Shown here one piece after another: positions 37,854 through 52,346 of a DNA stretch of 64,000 nucleotides. Made by a program: the position numbers and the translations under genes. Below the pieces are notes generated by a model, which saw nothing but the letters and a program-made list of their open reading frames with translations, ran no database searches and was not told where the DNA came from. How positions within the stretch are numbered: the stretch's first letter is position 1; the number at the start of each line of letters is the position of its first letter. Source of the DNA: Cycas panzhihuaensis (taxonomy: Eukaryota; Plantae; Cycadophyta); assembly GCA_023213395.1 (NCBI GenBank), contig CM041465.1, positions 184,147,741-184,211,740 of the forward strand, written 5' to 3'.

Positions 37854-40800
37854 TTTTTTTTAATGCATGAGGAGATGGAAGATGAAGAAGACATGCGATA
37901 ATAGCAAGGGTTTTCTGGACGAGAGATCATAGATAGACTAGCGTATGTCTGGGATGGAGCTGAAGCCAGTGACGAATCATATAGGTTGAGGATGAGAGAC
38001 AGTGGATACATTAAAGAAGTGGGAGTTAGCCCCCTTCTTAAGGGATGAAAGGAGTATTATAATGGGATGGAAGGTCATGTCTCTATGAAGAATTATGGTA
38101 ACTCTCTTTCTTTATTTCAGGCAAAGCTTAAGAGACAAATTGGAAATGTTGAGTTAGGTGATGAAAACCTAACAGATGTTTATGCATCACTATCCCTAGA
38201 GGTAGATAGTCAGGGATGTAGCTTTGAGAATGGTGGTTTTGTGGAGCACATTTCATGTAGATTTCTATACTTGGGTGAGTAATTTTATACTTCTAGTAGT
38301 AGTTTATATTATTTGGTTTGATTATTTCAAGAAAGCTCTTTACTTATTTGTATTGATTTTCTCTATAACTTGTGATAGAGAATATGGAGATAAATCAAAC
38401 TCAAAATAACCCTCTAGGGAGAACATATTTGGATGCCCTAAAAAATAAAGAATCAAATCCTTTGGATATAAATCCTATCATACAAGATAAGACCATCAAA
38501 ATCCCCATCCCAAAGAAACTAACTGAGCAAACTGAGAAGTACTAGGAGAATAGCATAGTGAGTAGATTTTTGGGACCAAGGCTAGGCTTGGATGTCATAA
38601 GGAAATGGCTAGTGAATAGATGGAAGATCATAAACCCAGTGGAGGTGATAGGTTTCATATCATACTTTTCTTAGTCGTTTAGGCTTTGAACACAAAATCA
38701 TTGCTCTCCAAGCCTAGTATTTATTTTTATATCAAAACTAGGGGATAACAGGCTATAAACACTCCCCCTAATCTCTTCTACATCTATATTATCATGGATA
38801 TAAAAAAGCCCATACCTCACACATTTAATATAAATAGGACTCTTTCTACAAATGATTGGGTTAGAGACATGTATCTATATTTAGAATCAATTGATGCTAA
38901 CTACAAGATAAATAAAGACATGTCTAAAGTTATCTCATTGTATCTACAATAAGAGGATTACCTTTGGTTTAAGGAGTGGTATCGCACAACTAGTCCATTT
39001 AATATATGTTTATAGCTACAGCTTAATATTTATAAAAAAATATAATGCTTCTTGGTGGAAAGAAACACAAAACCTTGAATAAGACAAACAAGAAGCTTAA
39101 CAAATACTTGAGAAGTATAATCGTAGAATGGGACAAGGAATTCTCCCCACTCCACAAAGTCAAGAACAAAAGAAAAATAATGACAGAGAAAATGAATGTC
39201 ATGAGCAAGTAGCAGAAGTTATTTTCCCCCACATACCACTAATTGTACCCAAAGACAAAGAAGAAAAGGCATCACTAATGGTTAAAAGACAAACTAAAGT
39301 AGAACCATATCGACATCCATATTATCAAAAGGCCCAACACAACAAAATTTATTAGGCAAAGCCCTCATCAACTACAAACACCATGCAAGCACAACATTCG
39401 AGCTTAAGGTTTTAATATTACAGATATCTAGAGCATATCAAAGGATATTTCGGGTGTATCAAAATCAACTTAGGATGGATAAATCCTCACTCCATACATA
39501 ACTTTTCTAATGACCTTTACAAGAGCCATCAATTGGATAATAGTAACAAGAGGTGGTCATATATATCATTGTATCATAATGCTTCGAAGGGGAAGCATTT
39601 TAGGTAGGAGGGTATGTTATGATCCTCCATTATATGAGATGACTCTTATTGTAATTATCCCACATGTATAAGTTTAAGAGATGGGTAGACTTAATAGCCC
39701 TATATATATGTATGTAATGTATGAGTGGGATCACCATGGAATATTTTTTGTAATCTTTTATTAATAAATATTTTTTGGAACTTCATCTCCTTCTTTGTCT
39801 TCTATCTATCATTTTCTCTTTCTAATTCTCTATGAGTATTTGTTATAGGTTTGGCTCATAACACACTACCTAGGGGTGTGTACTATTTAAATTTATAAAT
39901 TAGGATGACATAGTTAACATCCTCCTAAAATTCCCATGGATCCTTAGTAGGAAGGCATTATTTTTAGAGAAATAGCCCCCATATTTCATTTGATGGTGCC
40001 AATAATAAAATAAGCTTCAATATGGGTTTAGATGCTAAGGTTTCCTCCTTAGGTGCGGGACTTAGATGTGATAAAGGGGGTGGTGAAAACCATTGGTCCT
40101 TTACTAGCCATTGACTCAGCTACCAAGAACCGGAGTAGACTGATAAATACCAAATTTTGTGTATTTGGCAAAACTTGACAAAACCCTCCTATAATGGGTG
40201 ATAATCAAAACCAAAGATTGGAGCAAGGAGTAAAGCGTAGTCTACAAACTCGATAATGTAAGGTGTTTAGTTTGTAAATAGTTTAGAAATATCCCCTAGA
40301 ATTATCCTATGGAGATGAAGAAGGATGGGGCAAGGGAGCATGGGGTAGAGGAAACCCAGGATCTAGATAAGATTATAGGGAAGCAAGATGTTAATAAGTC
40401 TTAGGGTCTTGATAGGCAATATTATACCCTTGGGGAGAACTAGGAGGTGATGTGTGTTATCAAGGATAACAATTTAGACACTAAGGATACTCTCTTCAAG
40501 GGAGAGAAAGAACTTTAGCAGGATGAGAGGATAGAAGAAGACAACCAAGAGCCTCTACAAGTGGAAAAGGAGAAAGGGGGAGAAAGTTTGAATTCTTGAA
40601 TGGATCAAGAAGGGCCTCATCCATAGGTAGGGCTCACAATTTTGGGAAGGCAAGAGGGACAGGGGAATGTTGATCAGATTTGGAAAATTAGGGAGAAGGA
40701 TCCTTAGGAGGAGTAAAAGGAGACAAGCTAACGTAAAGGCCTAAACCTAGGGAGTGAGAAAAGGGTAGGCAGACCTACCCTTAAGATGATTAAGGAAAGG

Positions 40801-43800
40801 GAGGCAGCTTCCCAAATTGACCAAAGTAGCTAGTGTACCCTAAGGGAGGAGGGGTGAGGGCTCAAGATTAAGGAGTAAAAGATAAAGATCAAGAGCTCCC
40901 TAAGGGAGGAAGCAGTAGAGGGCATTAGATCAAGGAGTAGATAAAGATAATTTCATAGAATATTATGGGCATAAATACCGCCTCAAAGTAGAAAGTAGTA
41001 AAAGATATGTATATGAGATTGGAACCAGATATAATTTTACTTTAAGAAACTAAATTAAAATTGGATAATAGGGTAGTACTTAAAGATAAGATCTACAAGA
41101 CAGTGGAGATGGTAGTGAAGGATGGTCACCAAGGATTAGTGGGGTTGGTTGTACTCTAGAATCTAAAGGACTAATGGAGAGGCATGTGTTCTAGATGACC
41201 ATTTCATCTCTATATGGTTAAATTATAGGAAGACAAACATCCAATGGTTAGATACTAATATTTATACCCCTACTTCTCTAGGGGGCAGGAAAATCCTCAA
41301 GGACAAGATCTTGGAGTTTCATAAAGATTGGCAAGATCCATGGTTAATAGTTGGTGATTTTAACAATACCATGTTGTCTAGAGAGAAAAAAGGATATAAG
41401 AGGGATGGATGGAGAGTATGTTGGATCTGGGAGACTTTCTTTAAAAAATGGGCCTAATAGATGCTTATCTAAGGGGGGCTAAATATACTTGGTCAAACAA
41501 GAGATTAGGGAATCGCCATATTTAGGTAAGACTATATAAGGTAATGATAAACCATATATGGGCTAGCCATCATAATGATATTAGGATAGAAGCTCTTCCT
41601 AAGGTGGCATTAGATCATTCCTCATTATTATTAGACTTTGATGTCACTAAGAAACATATAGGTGTCTTTTTCTTATTTAACCTAATATGGACAAAGCATC
41701 CAAATCTTAAGGACTTGATTGATGAGTGGTGGAAGACTCTAATTGAGGGATGTGCTATATACAGGTTCTCAAAAAACCTAAGTTGGGTGAAAAGACAAGT
41801 GAAAGAGTGGAATAAAAAGTCTCATGGGAATATTTTTAAAGTCAAGGCCAGATAGTTGAGAGGCTGGAAGACATTAAGGCGAGGATCCAAGAGGAGAGAA
41901 GATCTCAGACCTTGGACTGTTCGAAGAGGAATCTCCTTAGGAAATTTGAGGAGATTCTGATTAAGGAAGAAAATTTCTAAATGCAAAAGTCAAGGGCCCT
42001 CTAGTTGGTGGAAGGGGACAGGAACACAAAGTTCTTCCATATGATGACTTTAAAGCATAGGCCTTATAACTGTATAAATAAGTTGTATAGCATAGAAGGA
42101 GAAGAAACTAGCAAGGGGGGAGAAATTAAGAACATAGCAATAGATTATTTGAAGGACTTACTTGAAGAGCTTGACTGTCAAGATGAAATGACCAAAGGGT
42201 AATTTATGAACTTAATCCCCAAGTTGGTGGATGATGAGCAGAATAGGCTTTTAATAGTACCGTTACCCTAGAGGAAGTAAAAAGGGAAGTTATTGGGATG
42301 AAAAAGGAAAAAGTGCTTAGTCTAGATGGCTTTCCCTCAAGCTTCTTCCAAGAATATTGGGATATTACAAAGGAGAATTTAATGAAGGCTCTAGGAGAGT
42401 TTCAGTAGAATAGGAAAATGTTGGGGGAATGGCAAGCCACTTTTCTACTGCTCATTCAAAAAAAGAAGGGAGCAAAGAGGATTAAGGAATTTAGACCTAT
42501 TAGCCTTTATAATGTAAAATATAAGATCTTGACTAAAGTTTTGGCTAATAGATTGAAGAAGATTCTCCATTTGATTATCTCTCTTAATCAAGATGGATTC
42601 ATGAAGAGGAGGTAGATCATGGACAACATCATAGTTATCCATGAGATGATCCACTATGTCTATTAGAGGAAGGAACTAGGGATAATTGTAAATATAGATC
42701 TTTCAAAAGCATATAACAAAGTATTATAGAACTGTCTAATGGAGTGTCTCAAAGTGTTTGGGTTTGGAGAGTTATAGAGGGAATGAGTGGTTGTTTATAT
42801 TTCTAAGCCCCAATACCAATACTCAGTCTTAATTAATGGCTCCTCGATGAGTTTTTTTTCCTAGATTTAGAGAGTTAATTCAAGGGAATCCTCTCTCCCC
42901 TTATTTCTTTATAATTATGGCAGAGTTGTTAGGGAAAGCAACAAAGGAGGTTAGGAGAAAGGGAGTGGTTAAAGAGATAAAGCCTACCTCTAGCATTGTT
43001 AATATCGCCCATCACTAATTCATTGATAACAATATCTTGCTAAGAAAGGCTACCCTTAGTGAAGCTCAGGTAATAAAAAAAAGAGTCTTAAGAAGTTTGA
43101 GAGAACTACAAACTAGAAGATAAATTTGAATAAGAGTAGTGTCTTTCTTATGAATATCAAAGAAAGGACACAAAGGAAGATCAGTAGGATTATGGAAATG
43201 TTATTTAAAAACTTCTTATTACTTATTTAGGGATGCCCCTATTTATAGAGAGGATGTTGAGGGAGTTGTAGAGCCCTATCATAGATCAGATGTAGAGGAA
43301 GTTGGTTGGGTGGAAGGGCTCCCTTTTAAGCTAGGCAGGTAAGGCCCAATTGTTATTTGACTCACTCCAAAGTATCTTAGTATATATGATGTCACTATTT
43401 AGGATCTCTACTAAAGTCATATCAACTCTGGAATCCATTCTGACAAGATTCCTTTCATCTAGGATTGAGGAGAAGGACATAATCCACCTAGTGGTATAGG
43501 AGAAAGTTTACCTCCCTAAATAGGTGAGTGGTTTAAATACCTATAGATTAGTTTCTTTTAGCAATGCCCTGGTGGAAAAATTAGGGTGGCGATTGGCTAA
43601 GAAAGATGGTGGGCTGTGGGAAAGAATTATTTCCCAAAAATATCTTAAAGAAAAATAATTTTCAAAGGAAGATATTATGGTTTCCTTTGGATCTCTAAAA
43701 TGGAGAAGTTTGCTCTAATCGAGATAGATGCTTACTTTAGGAATACAATGGAAGTTGGGGGATGGAGCTATTATAATTTTTTAGGAAGACATGTGGTGTA

Positions 43801-45314
43801 ATCATATTCAGTTGAAACGTATGCCTAATATGCCCCCCCTATAAGATCTATATGAGAGGACCTATAGAGTAAAAGTAAAAGATTACTAGGTGGGTTAAGA
43901 TCAGACCAGGAGTTGGAGAATGTTTGAGGATCTACAAGAGGATCAAGGTATAAAGGAATACATTGAAGCCCTTAAAAGAGAGATAATGCAATGTTATATA
44001 CCAAAAATTACTAAGGTAGATTCTATAATCTGGCCTCTTTCTCCTTCTGGGGATTATACAGTGAAATAAGGGTGTCCTTTTATATGCCAAGATAGGGGAG
44101 CCCTTAAGAACCCCTTACTAGAAGGAGTGTGGAGAATGGATTTGATCCCCAAAGTGGTAATTTTATGGTGCTCATGCTTGAGGAATAAAATCTTGATTAT
44201 GGATAACCTGTGAAAGAGGGGCTTCATGATGGCCAATAGGTGTGTGTTATGTATGGAGGCTGAGGAGTCAACAGATGACATCATTCTTCATTACTCTTAT
44301 TTAAGGAATGTGTGCAAACTTATTTAGACCCAATTTGGTATGGAATGGGTGTTCCCTGGAACACTCAAAGAGTAAGTGATGGCTTGGAAAAGCTCTTTGA
44401 AGAGTAGGATTTTGGTATATATCTAGCATATTACCTTGTGAATGATGATGCAGAATTTAAGGAAGGAGATAAATAGAAGAATATTTCAGGGGAAGTAGAA
44501 ATTCATTCTCCATGGGATCATTTATACTATGACGACAGAGATAATTAATAACAAATAAGAGAAATTCATTCTAGAATCATAAGGAATTGTATTGGAGAAT
44601 TGGGAGATAAGGAGGCCCAAAATTACCATGGGATTGAGAAGGCAATGCTTCTAGATTCCTCCTCAAAAATTTTAAGTGAAAATTAACTTTGATGGGGTGG
44701 AAAAAGGTGATCCTAAGGAGGCTCGTTGAGGCAGTATCTATAGAAATTGGAAAGGGGGAATCATGTAGGATTTTGTGAAGTATTATGGGCAATAAATAAA
44801 TCATAGGGCAGAGCTAGTAACTATGAAAAGGGCTGTGGATATGGCCTTAGGGGCTGTGATATGGTGACTATTAAAGGGGATTTGTTAAACTTGATCAATA
44901 TGCTTAGAGGTGAGGTAGAACCAGATTAGAGAGTAGTGGCCATGATTAGAGATGTTCAAGATGCCCTTAAGGGAAAAGAGAACGTTTAAGTACGTCACAC
45001 TTATAGGGAAGGTAATGGTGTAGTCGATAAACTGACTAATTGGGGGGTCTCTCACAAGAGGAACTAAGCATAGTGAGAGGAAGTCCCGAAAGAGATTTCG
45101 AGTCTAGTTAAGAAAGATATGGAAAATATTCCCCATGTGGGGAATTAGAGCTAGCCACTGGGCTTGTCATGGCAGGAGTGGGTTAGATAGGGCTATGGAA
45201 GGTAGAGGATAGCTAGGCCATGGGCTTATCATGGAAGATCTGATAACCAACTTATGTAATAGAGTTAGGGCCCTTTTTAAACCCCTTCTAATTTTACCAT
45301 ATTAGGAAAAAAAA
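37854..45314 (+). mobile_element. Full-length old L1-clade LINE (copy L-B)
   Basis: 15-bp TSD AAACTTGGGATCTTT at 37839-37853 and 45312-45326. ORF1 relic from about 38382; ORF2 relic about 40940-45150 (APE, EGDRNTKFFH, FRPISLYNV, RNase H); A-rich tail. Confidence 0.93.
38652..39863 (+). mobile_element. Small non-autonomous LTR retroelement (gypsy-like gag relic) inserted in L-B ORF1; 5' LTR nearly deleted
   Basis: 249-bp LTR at 39615-39863 with perfect 8-bp terminal IR TGTTATGA/TCATAACA and a purine tract before it. gag-like DWVRDMYLYLE...YLWFKEWY at about 38850-38985. LINE ORF1 (VEVIA|LPRG) rejoins when it is removed. Confidence 0.75.
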
Positions 45315-46589
45315 CTTGGGATCTTTATTGGATATAATACTTTTAGGCACCTTATGTAGTTAGAATATTTCTCTTATAAATATGTGAGTTATATCCTTTC
45401 AAATGAAATTAATCCCAATTGATATAAAATGTGTTATTTAAGTTAATTAGTCTAATGCTACTGAGATGGTATTCTAACCCTTTTGATTATAGGATAAGCT
45501 AGTGATAAAATCCATGCTCACATATTCATATTTCCAACTAGGGTTGTCCAATGGTTTAAATAAAGTAGGGTTTCTACATTGTTCTATCTTAATCTTTTAG
45601 CAAAGAAGGCACTTTTGAACATGTAGTAGTATATCTTGTTTAATTTTGGCCTAGAAAAACTTTTCTTAATAGCCATATATGTTTTGTGAAACCCTGGATA
45701 CCTTATTATAGGTATATCATAGGCATCTTTTAAAATTTTATTATTGGTCTCAAGAATATTAGGTATACATAAGCTTCCCTTATAATAAAGTAGAACATTA
45801 TTTAATAAAGTATAATTTTCTACTTGCTCTTTATAAGGAATATTATTTCAAGGGTTCTATATCTAATTGAGGATTGGTTTAAAATATTCATTAGTGGTTA
45901 GAGAATTTTTATTAAAATCATTTAAATTAATAAGTACTAGATATATAGCATTAACATAATTTCTTTATTGACGAGGGGCATATATTACTCGATTTTCTTT
46001 CCTAAGCATATACTAAATATCAAAATCATATTTCACAATTAATTCTAACTAGTGTCATTATCTTGTATTTAAGTGAGGTTGTTTAAAAGTAAATTGTAAA
46101 TTATGGTGAATTGTTTTAAAAGTAAATTTAACTCTTAATAAATAGTCTGATCAAATCATCAAGGCATGCATAACCCCTACTAACCCTAAGTCATGGTTGG
46201 GGTAATATTTCTTAGCATTCTAGAGTTTCTTAGATTCATAGCTTATTATTTCACCACCCTCCATTAATTTTTTCTTAGACCATCGCTACTAATATTTGTT
46301 ATTACTAAGTAAGTTTTGTTTAAACCAGGGATACATAATACTAACATTGTGGCTAATGATCTCTTTAGTTTAATAAAAGCTTATTCATATTTTGATGTGT
46401 ATATGGAAGCCCCACTTTTTCTTATTAAGTTAATTAAAGGTGTTGTAATTTTAGAATATCCCTTAATAATTGTTTGATAAAACTTATACACACCCAAGAA
46501 AGGAGATAATATAATATACTACAAAGTGGTAACTATCATAAATAATATATCTTACAAATTATAATATATCCCTAGAGGTAGTCAGGATT

Positions 46590-47520
46590 ACATAACAGCG
46601 TGCAAAGGGTGATAAGGTAGCACTGCATCTCGAGCAATACAACCCTTATTATATTCACATATATCATCATGGTTGTAATCAAATGAGCATCATCTCACCA
46701 TCTCTGTATATAATAGTTACCTCGTGATTAATATCCATATCGATCCAACCTTAAATCTCAATATTCTATTAGCAAGTTATGTAGAATAATTGCCTCATAT
46801 AGAATAGTCACCAAACCTTATTGTAGTGTTAATCTAATACACCATCTTATGACATCTATATCAATTGTGATAGCCTATATATAAACAAAGACATTTCATT
46901 CACCATTATATTTCATACATTTAATCGCTTGTACACTAAGTGTAATATGTAGATGTTAATCAATTACTACCTAATTCATTTGTTATCTAATCGTTTAGAG
47001 GACTATATAGTTGCATATATTGCTTTTTGCATACTTCGTAGTCTTATAAGCCTTCCCCTATCATTCACCTTCATCCTGCATTCACCTTCCATTAATTCGT
47101 TGTAGATTCATTATCGTCTCATAGTCACTTCAATATTTTATAGTGTATAAAGCATATAAATAACTACATACAATATACGGTGTAGATTATATAGTCAATG
47201 TTGCCATTTATATTGTGTATAAAGTTACTTTAGATATAAAAGTTGCTTAGTATATTATATTTTATATATCATATTATTATAGATTGCATTATATAATTCG
47301 CCATATTTATTATTATATTATATAGTTATACATAATATATTACTTTATATATTTTTGCCTCTTATGTTTTATATTTGCATAAATCATAAGGCATATTTTT
47401 TAATACATTCATTTTTTTATCTTATCATTAATTTATACTATCACTTACTATAAGAATTATTTATAGTTATTTCATTATTAAAAGTTATACATTCACCTTA
47501 TATCATATTAAATTAGACCC
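46590..47520 (+). other. AT-rich segment with scattered TTCACC/TCGCC motifs, probably a retrotransposon leader fragment
   Basis: Motif texture resembles the reverse complement of the GGTGA-rich leader of element E (56180-58450); no termini identified. Confidence 0.3.
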
Positions 47521-47659
47521 CTCATAGATTTTAATATATTTTTACATAATATTATACTTCTCATGTTGATAAAAGTCAACATTGTGTATCATATCAATGT
47601 GGAAATTTAATAGAAAATAAGAAGTGATAGATCTTTCAACCATTAAAGGTATCTCATCA

Positions 47660-50173
47660 TTTTGGTATTTCGTACGCATATAAAATTAATGTAAATAGTT
47701 ACACAAGATGTCACAATGACAAAAAGTTATCAGTGGAATCACACTTATACCGTTATAAAGGTGATAAACACTAAAGAAATAATAGATATTTTAGTCCAAA
47801 AAGATATAGTTAAACTTATTACCTAAGTAGTTTAAGAAGTAATTCACACATTGAACATTCTTTTAAACCATACCCTACATCAAATCTTAGATAAGTTAAC
47901 AATCATGGAAACAGGCATAAAAAAATACATAATTATTCCTAACTCAAAGGATGAAGGAATTAGTCATTATTTATATGTTAGAACCTAATCCACAAAGAAT
48001 TATTGTAGTTCTCAGATAACTCAAGTCAATCTTGACAATGAACCTATCAGGAAATATTTTAATGACTACCAAAATCTAACTCTTAAAGAATAAAAAGTGA
48101 TTGGATTTCAAACATATCTTAACTATTTTTATACTATACAATTATAAAAAAAGAAAAATCTATAAAAATTTGCAATATAATGCTTTAATATTGAGTAGAA
48201 ATCATATGAACCAAGAGTATGGATTCTACAAATGGAAAAGTATTTCAATTTGGTTGAAATTGTGCCAATAGAACAAGTTGCTTTAGCCACCCTACACATG
48301 GATAGAATAGCATGTGAATGGTAGCATTGTCTAAAATATACTTCATTTCAAAACCAATCACAAACTTGGAAAGAATTTATTTATTTATTTATTGAACGAT
48401 TTGAAATAGTAACCAATTGTGATTACTATTGTGAATTGAAAAATTTAAAACAAATTGGATTTATATAAGAATATAGCACAGCTTTTACTAAGTTAAGTTA
48501 TGTATTAGAAGATATCCCAACCAATAGACTTATTCAATTATATATCGATGGCCTAATAATGAAGATCCGAGCTAATGTTAAGGTCCAAGAACTAAAAGAT
48601 CTTAATAAAGTAATACAATTAGCCATAATACATAAATATAAGCTCAACACATTATGCAAAACAAATACAAACCCCTATATTCCTCCACTTGTTTAATATA
48701 ATCCATTACTAAGTGCTTAGCATAAACCATTATCGATCAATTTGAATCAACTTATCAAACCAATCATTCAAAAGACAAGAACAAAATAAGAAGAGTTAAG
48801 GAAAAAGACGTGCTTTAGATGTGAAGAAAAGTAGGGTCTTGGGTATAAATCTCAAAGGAACTAGTTATATACATGTATATTATTGCCTGACGATAATATT
48901 AATAAAGAATAATAAAAATAAGGGTTATAAAATAATCAAGGAGATTGTCATAACTATGGTAATTAAGAAAGTTTCTATAATCTCAAGGTTGATAATTCAG
49001 AAATATCATTCTCATCTATGAGTAGTTTCACTAAATTAAATACATTAAAACTACAAGGATCTATAAAAATATAAGTTGTAATAATTTTGGTAGATATAAG
49101 TAACACTCATAATTTCATTGATAGAAACTATGCCTAGTAACTAAGATGATTTCCATTAAGGATTCCCTATTTCTAAGTAAATATTAGAGGAAGATAGGGA
49201 ATATCAAGGCAAGGCATGGTGAAAAACCTTAGTCTCATAATAAGTAATGTCGGCATTACAAAAAAATTTTACGTCATTGATATAGGGCGCGTAGATATTG
49301 TGTTGGGTAGTAAATGGCTCAGTAGACTTGAAACTTTCAAAATGAATCTAGACGAGCAATTCATATGATTTAAGAAGGAAGGAAGAACTATCACACTTTC
49401 AAGAAACAAGCTAAGAAAAATCAAAGTAATATCATGTAGGTATATAAATGAAGAAACTAGGAAGCATCCTCAAGATACAAGAGCTTAATTTTTTATATTC
49501 TAAGTAGAAATTAAACAAACAACTAAAAGAGCTTAAATATGTAAAACATCCTAAAAACATGAAAAATATTGCCAAGTCTTCAAACAGAATCATCTTCTAA
49601 TAAAAGCATGTAACATCCGAGTAATATCCTAATAAACATAAACTTAACGAATAACAATGTTTATTTTAAGGACTGCAATTGTTCAATTATGTTTCATGGG
49701 TGAAACACCTTAATGGAGAGGAATTATTATGAAACCTCCTTAAAACTAATTAATTAATCATTAGGTGAATAGATGCCTTTGAATAGTTACAACCATTTAT
49801 GAAAGGGCCCTATTATGTATATATAAATATACCCTTTACTGTAACATTAAACATCACTTATTCTTGTATTAATTTATTGGTCAATTGACTATTAAATTAC
49901 TTTCAAGTGTGCATGTGCTCTTAATTGCTCTATGAAACCTAGAATTAGCTCCCAATTATGAATAAGAATTGTACCACATTGTGCGAATCATTTTGTATTA
50001 GATTAGTTTCAATCTTTATTTTTAGAGAAAAATAACACGTAGGCACCTTGTAGTCTAGACAACCTAATTTTCATATTTAAAGCTCACTCACATCATCTTC
50101 ATAAGCTTTTTGAACTCGCTTTAGTGCATTAAGTAAAATTATTATAAATTTTAGGGGTCAATGGGCTATAAAC
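47660..50173 (+). mobile_element. Ty3/gypsy remnant with gag and protease only, then PPT and probable 3' LTR
   Basis: QMEKYF...QVALATLHM..IACEW (gag, about 48230), ILVDISNTHNFID (PR, about 49085), GGAGAGGAA then an LTR-like segment at about 49724-50173. Boundaries approximate; 5' LTR not matched. Confidence 0.6.
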
Positions 50174-52346
50174 ACCCTATCCCTTTCCCACCCCTTCTAG
50201 ATTACTCCCTAACCTAACAAAAGTCTATATGCTACCTCTATTGTCCTTGTCTACAAAAGGGATGGCTCCTTTCGACTGCATGTGGACTACCACAAATTTA
50301 ATAAGATCATAACAAAGAAGAAATTCGCAACCATGAGGATTAATAACATATTGAATGAACTCCATGGTATTACCATATTCTCTAAGGTATATCTCTAATA
50401 AAGGTATTACCAAATTACCATTGCCCCTAAATGATCATCATAAAGTTGTATTCTATATGTATCATGGCCATTTTGAATTTTAAATCATTCCCTTTGACTT
50501 ATATAATGCCCCAATCATATTCAAGGCTTTCATAAATAAAATATTTACATCTTATCTTTAAAATTTTTCTATTGTTTTCTTTAATGACATACTTATTTAT
50601 AATTCTTACATGGACTACTACATTTAATATTTAGAGATCGTCCTTTAAATTGTCTTCTAGCACCAACTCTATGCTAAGTTGTCAAAATATCAATTTAGTA
50701 AATTTAAATCATAATACCTAGGCTACATCATTTCTTTGAAAGGCATCTATATTGACCTTGATAAAATTTCAATCATCACTACTTAGACAACACCTAATAA
50801 TCTTAGCTAATTATAAGCTTTCCTTGGGCTCATAAGATTTTACTAATAGTTCATTAGAAATTATGCTACTCTTATCACCTTATTAACTAATCTACTTGGG
50901 AAGGACTTGTTTCAATGGTTCCTAATTATAAATGGTGCTTGCAATTATCTTAAGATAGTTATGACTTCCACCCTAATCCTTATAACTCTAGATTTTTTTG
51001 TAACCTTCCTAACATGAATGTGATACTTTAGGATTTGGTCTGGGTGTTGTGCTTATTTAAAACTTTCACCTAATTATATTTGAAAACCATAAGCTTAAGT
51101 ACTATAAATATTTATTGCTAACACACTAGAAGGAAATAAAAGCTATCTTACATGTAGTAAATATGCCAATTATCTCCTTAGCTCTAAATCCATTATCTTA
51201 ATATATCATCATAGGTTGCATCATCTTCTAGACCAACCAATTTTATCTGAAGAGCAAGCTAAGTGGATCGATTATTTTTAAGTGTTTGATTTTACTATAA
51301 CTTATAAGAATGAGAAGGACAATGTTATCATTAACACCTTCTCACACCTCCTCCCTAAACCTACAATTTATGCCATTACTAAGTCCCAACCAAGTTCATT
51401 AATAGAGTTGGCCATTGATAACCAATCTTAACTTGATTATATCCAATGGATTGTAAAAGTCCATATTCAAAAGGATTAGTCTATGCACAATAACCATCTC
51501 TTATATAGAAATTACATTTTTGTCCATCCTACATCTCCCTTCATTCTCTATATCCCATCTAAATATCACTCCACCCCTTTAGGAGGTTATTTTGGCTTTA
51601 ACAAAACATTTTGATGTGTTTGGTCACATATGAAATCAATTATCCTTTTATATTTAAGTGTGGCATATGCCAATAAAACAAAACATATACTAGGGCTTAG
51701 TTTAGAACCATCTAATCTTTACATATTCCTTAAGGTAAATAGCAGGATATTATAATGGATTTCATCATGTACCTACCATTATTCATTAGGTTCAACTCTA
51801 TCTTAGTCATCATTGATAGGCTAAGTATACCCATTTCTTACTATTTCATACCTCCTATAAGGCATCTTGCCTTATAACCTATATATCCAGTCTATTTTCA
51901 CAGCCTATGGGTTTCTCTTAACAATAATTTATGATTGAGACCCCAAGTTTATTAACTTATTATAGCAATAACTCTTTTATGCTTAAGGATTTTCATTCAA
52001 TATGAGTTTAGCCTACCACTCATAGGTTGATGGTTAGTAAGAGGTCCTTAATAAAATATTAGAAAACTACTTATACTATTTTGCTTCAGAATAAAGTAAA
52101 TGGACCTCTTAGTTAACCCTTATAGAGTATTGGTACAACTCATCCCATCACTCAACTATATGTATGCCCCTATTTATAGCATTGTATGGTTATCCCTTAC
52201 CATCATACCATGCCCTATGTACCAACCTCTGAATAATTGTTATCCAATAAAAACTCCAAGGCATGGATTAAATCCTCTATACCCTCAAATAAAACCTAAC
52301 ATTTAGCTAAAATTGTAAGAAACAACTCATTGACCACCATTGTTTC
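50174..52346 (+). pseudogene. Ty3/gypsy pol remnant (RT, RNase H, integrase)
   Basis: SIVLVYKRDGSFRLHVDY, IPFDLYNAP, VFFNDILIY, FLGLIRFY, ECDTLGFGLGVVL, IIMDFI, DPKF, AYHS*VDG. Confidence 0.88.

Larger units (their letters stand above)
28990..46580 (-). mobile_element. Old minus-strand chromovirus-type Ty3/gypsy G1 (RT/RH linker, RNase H, INT, chromodomain, PPT, 3' LTR), interrupted by C3 and LINE L-B
   Basis: On the minus strand: SFLG..FY..IIKGYSKITTPL (about 46500), ISYESKKL, LHKVPKSIISNKDPKF joined across the LINE, KFASKFYDP (about 37350), VRNRKISLVKIKW (about 29650), then a purine tract and TGTCAC at 29475. Left LTR boundary is uncertain. Confidence 0.8.

Noticed and set aside
47645-47675. 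Possible 5' LTR end and PBS of the gag-protease gypsy
   Set aside because: Upstream sequence does not visibly match 49724-50173, so an LTR pair cannot be claimed.
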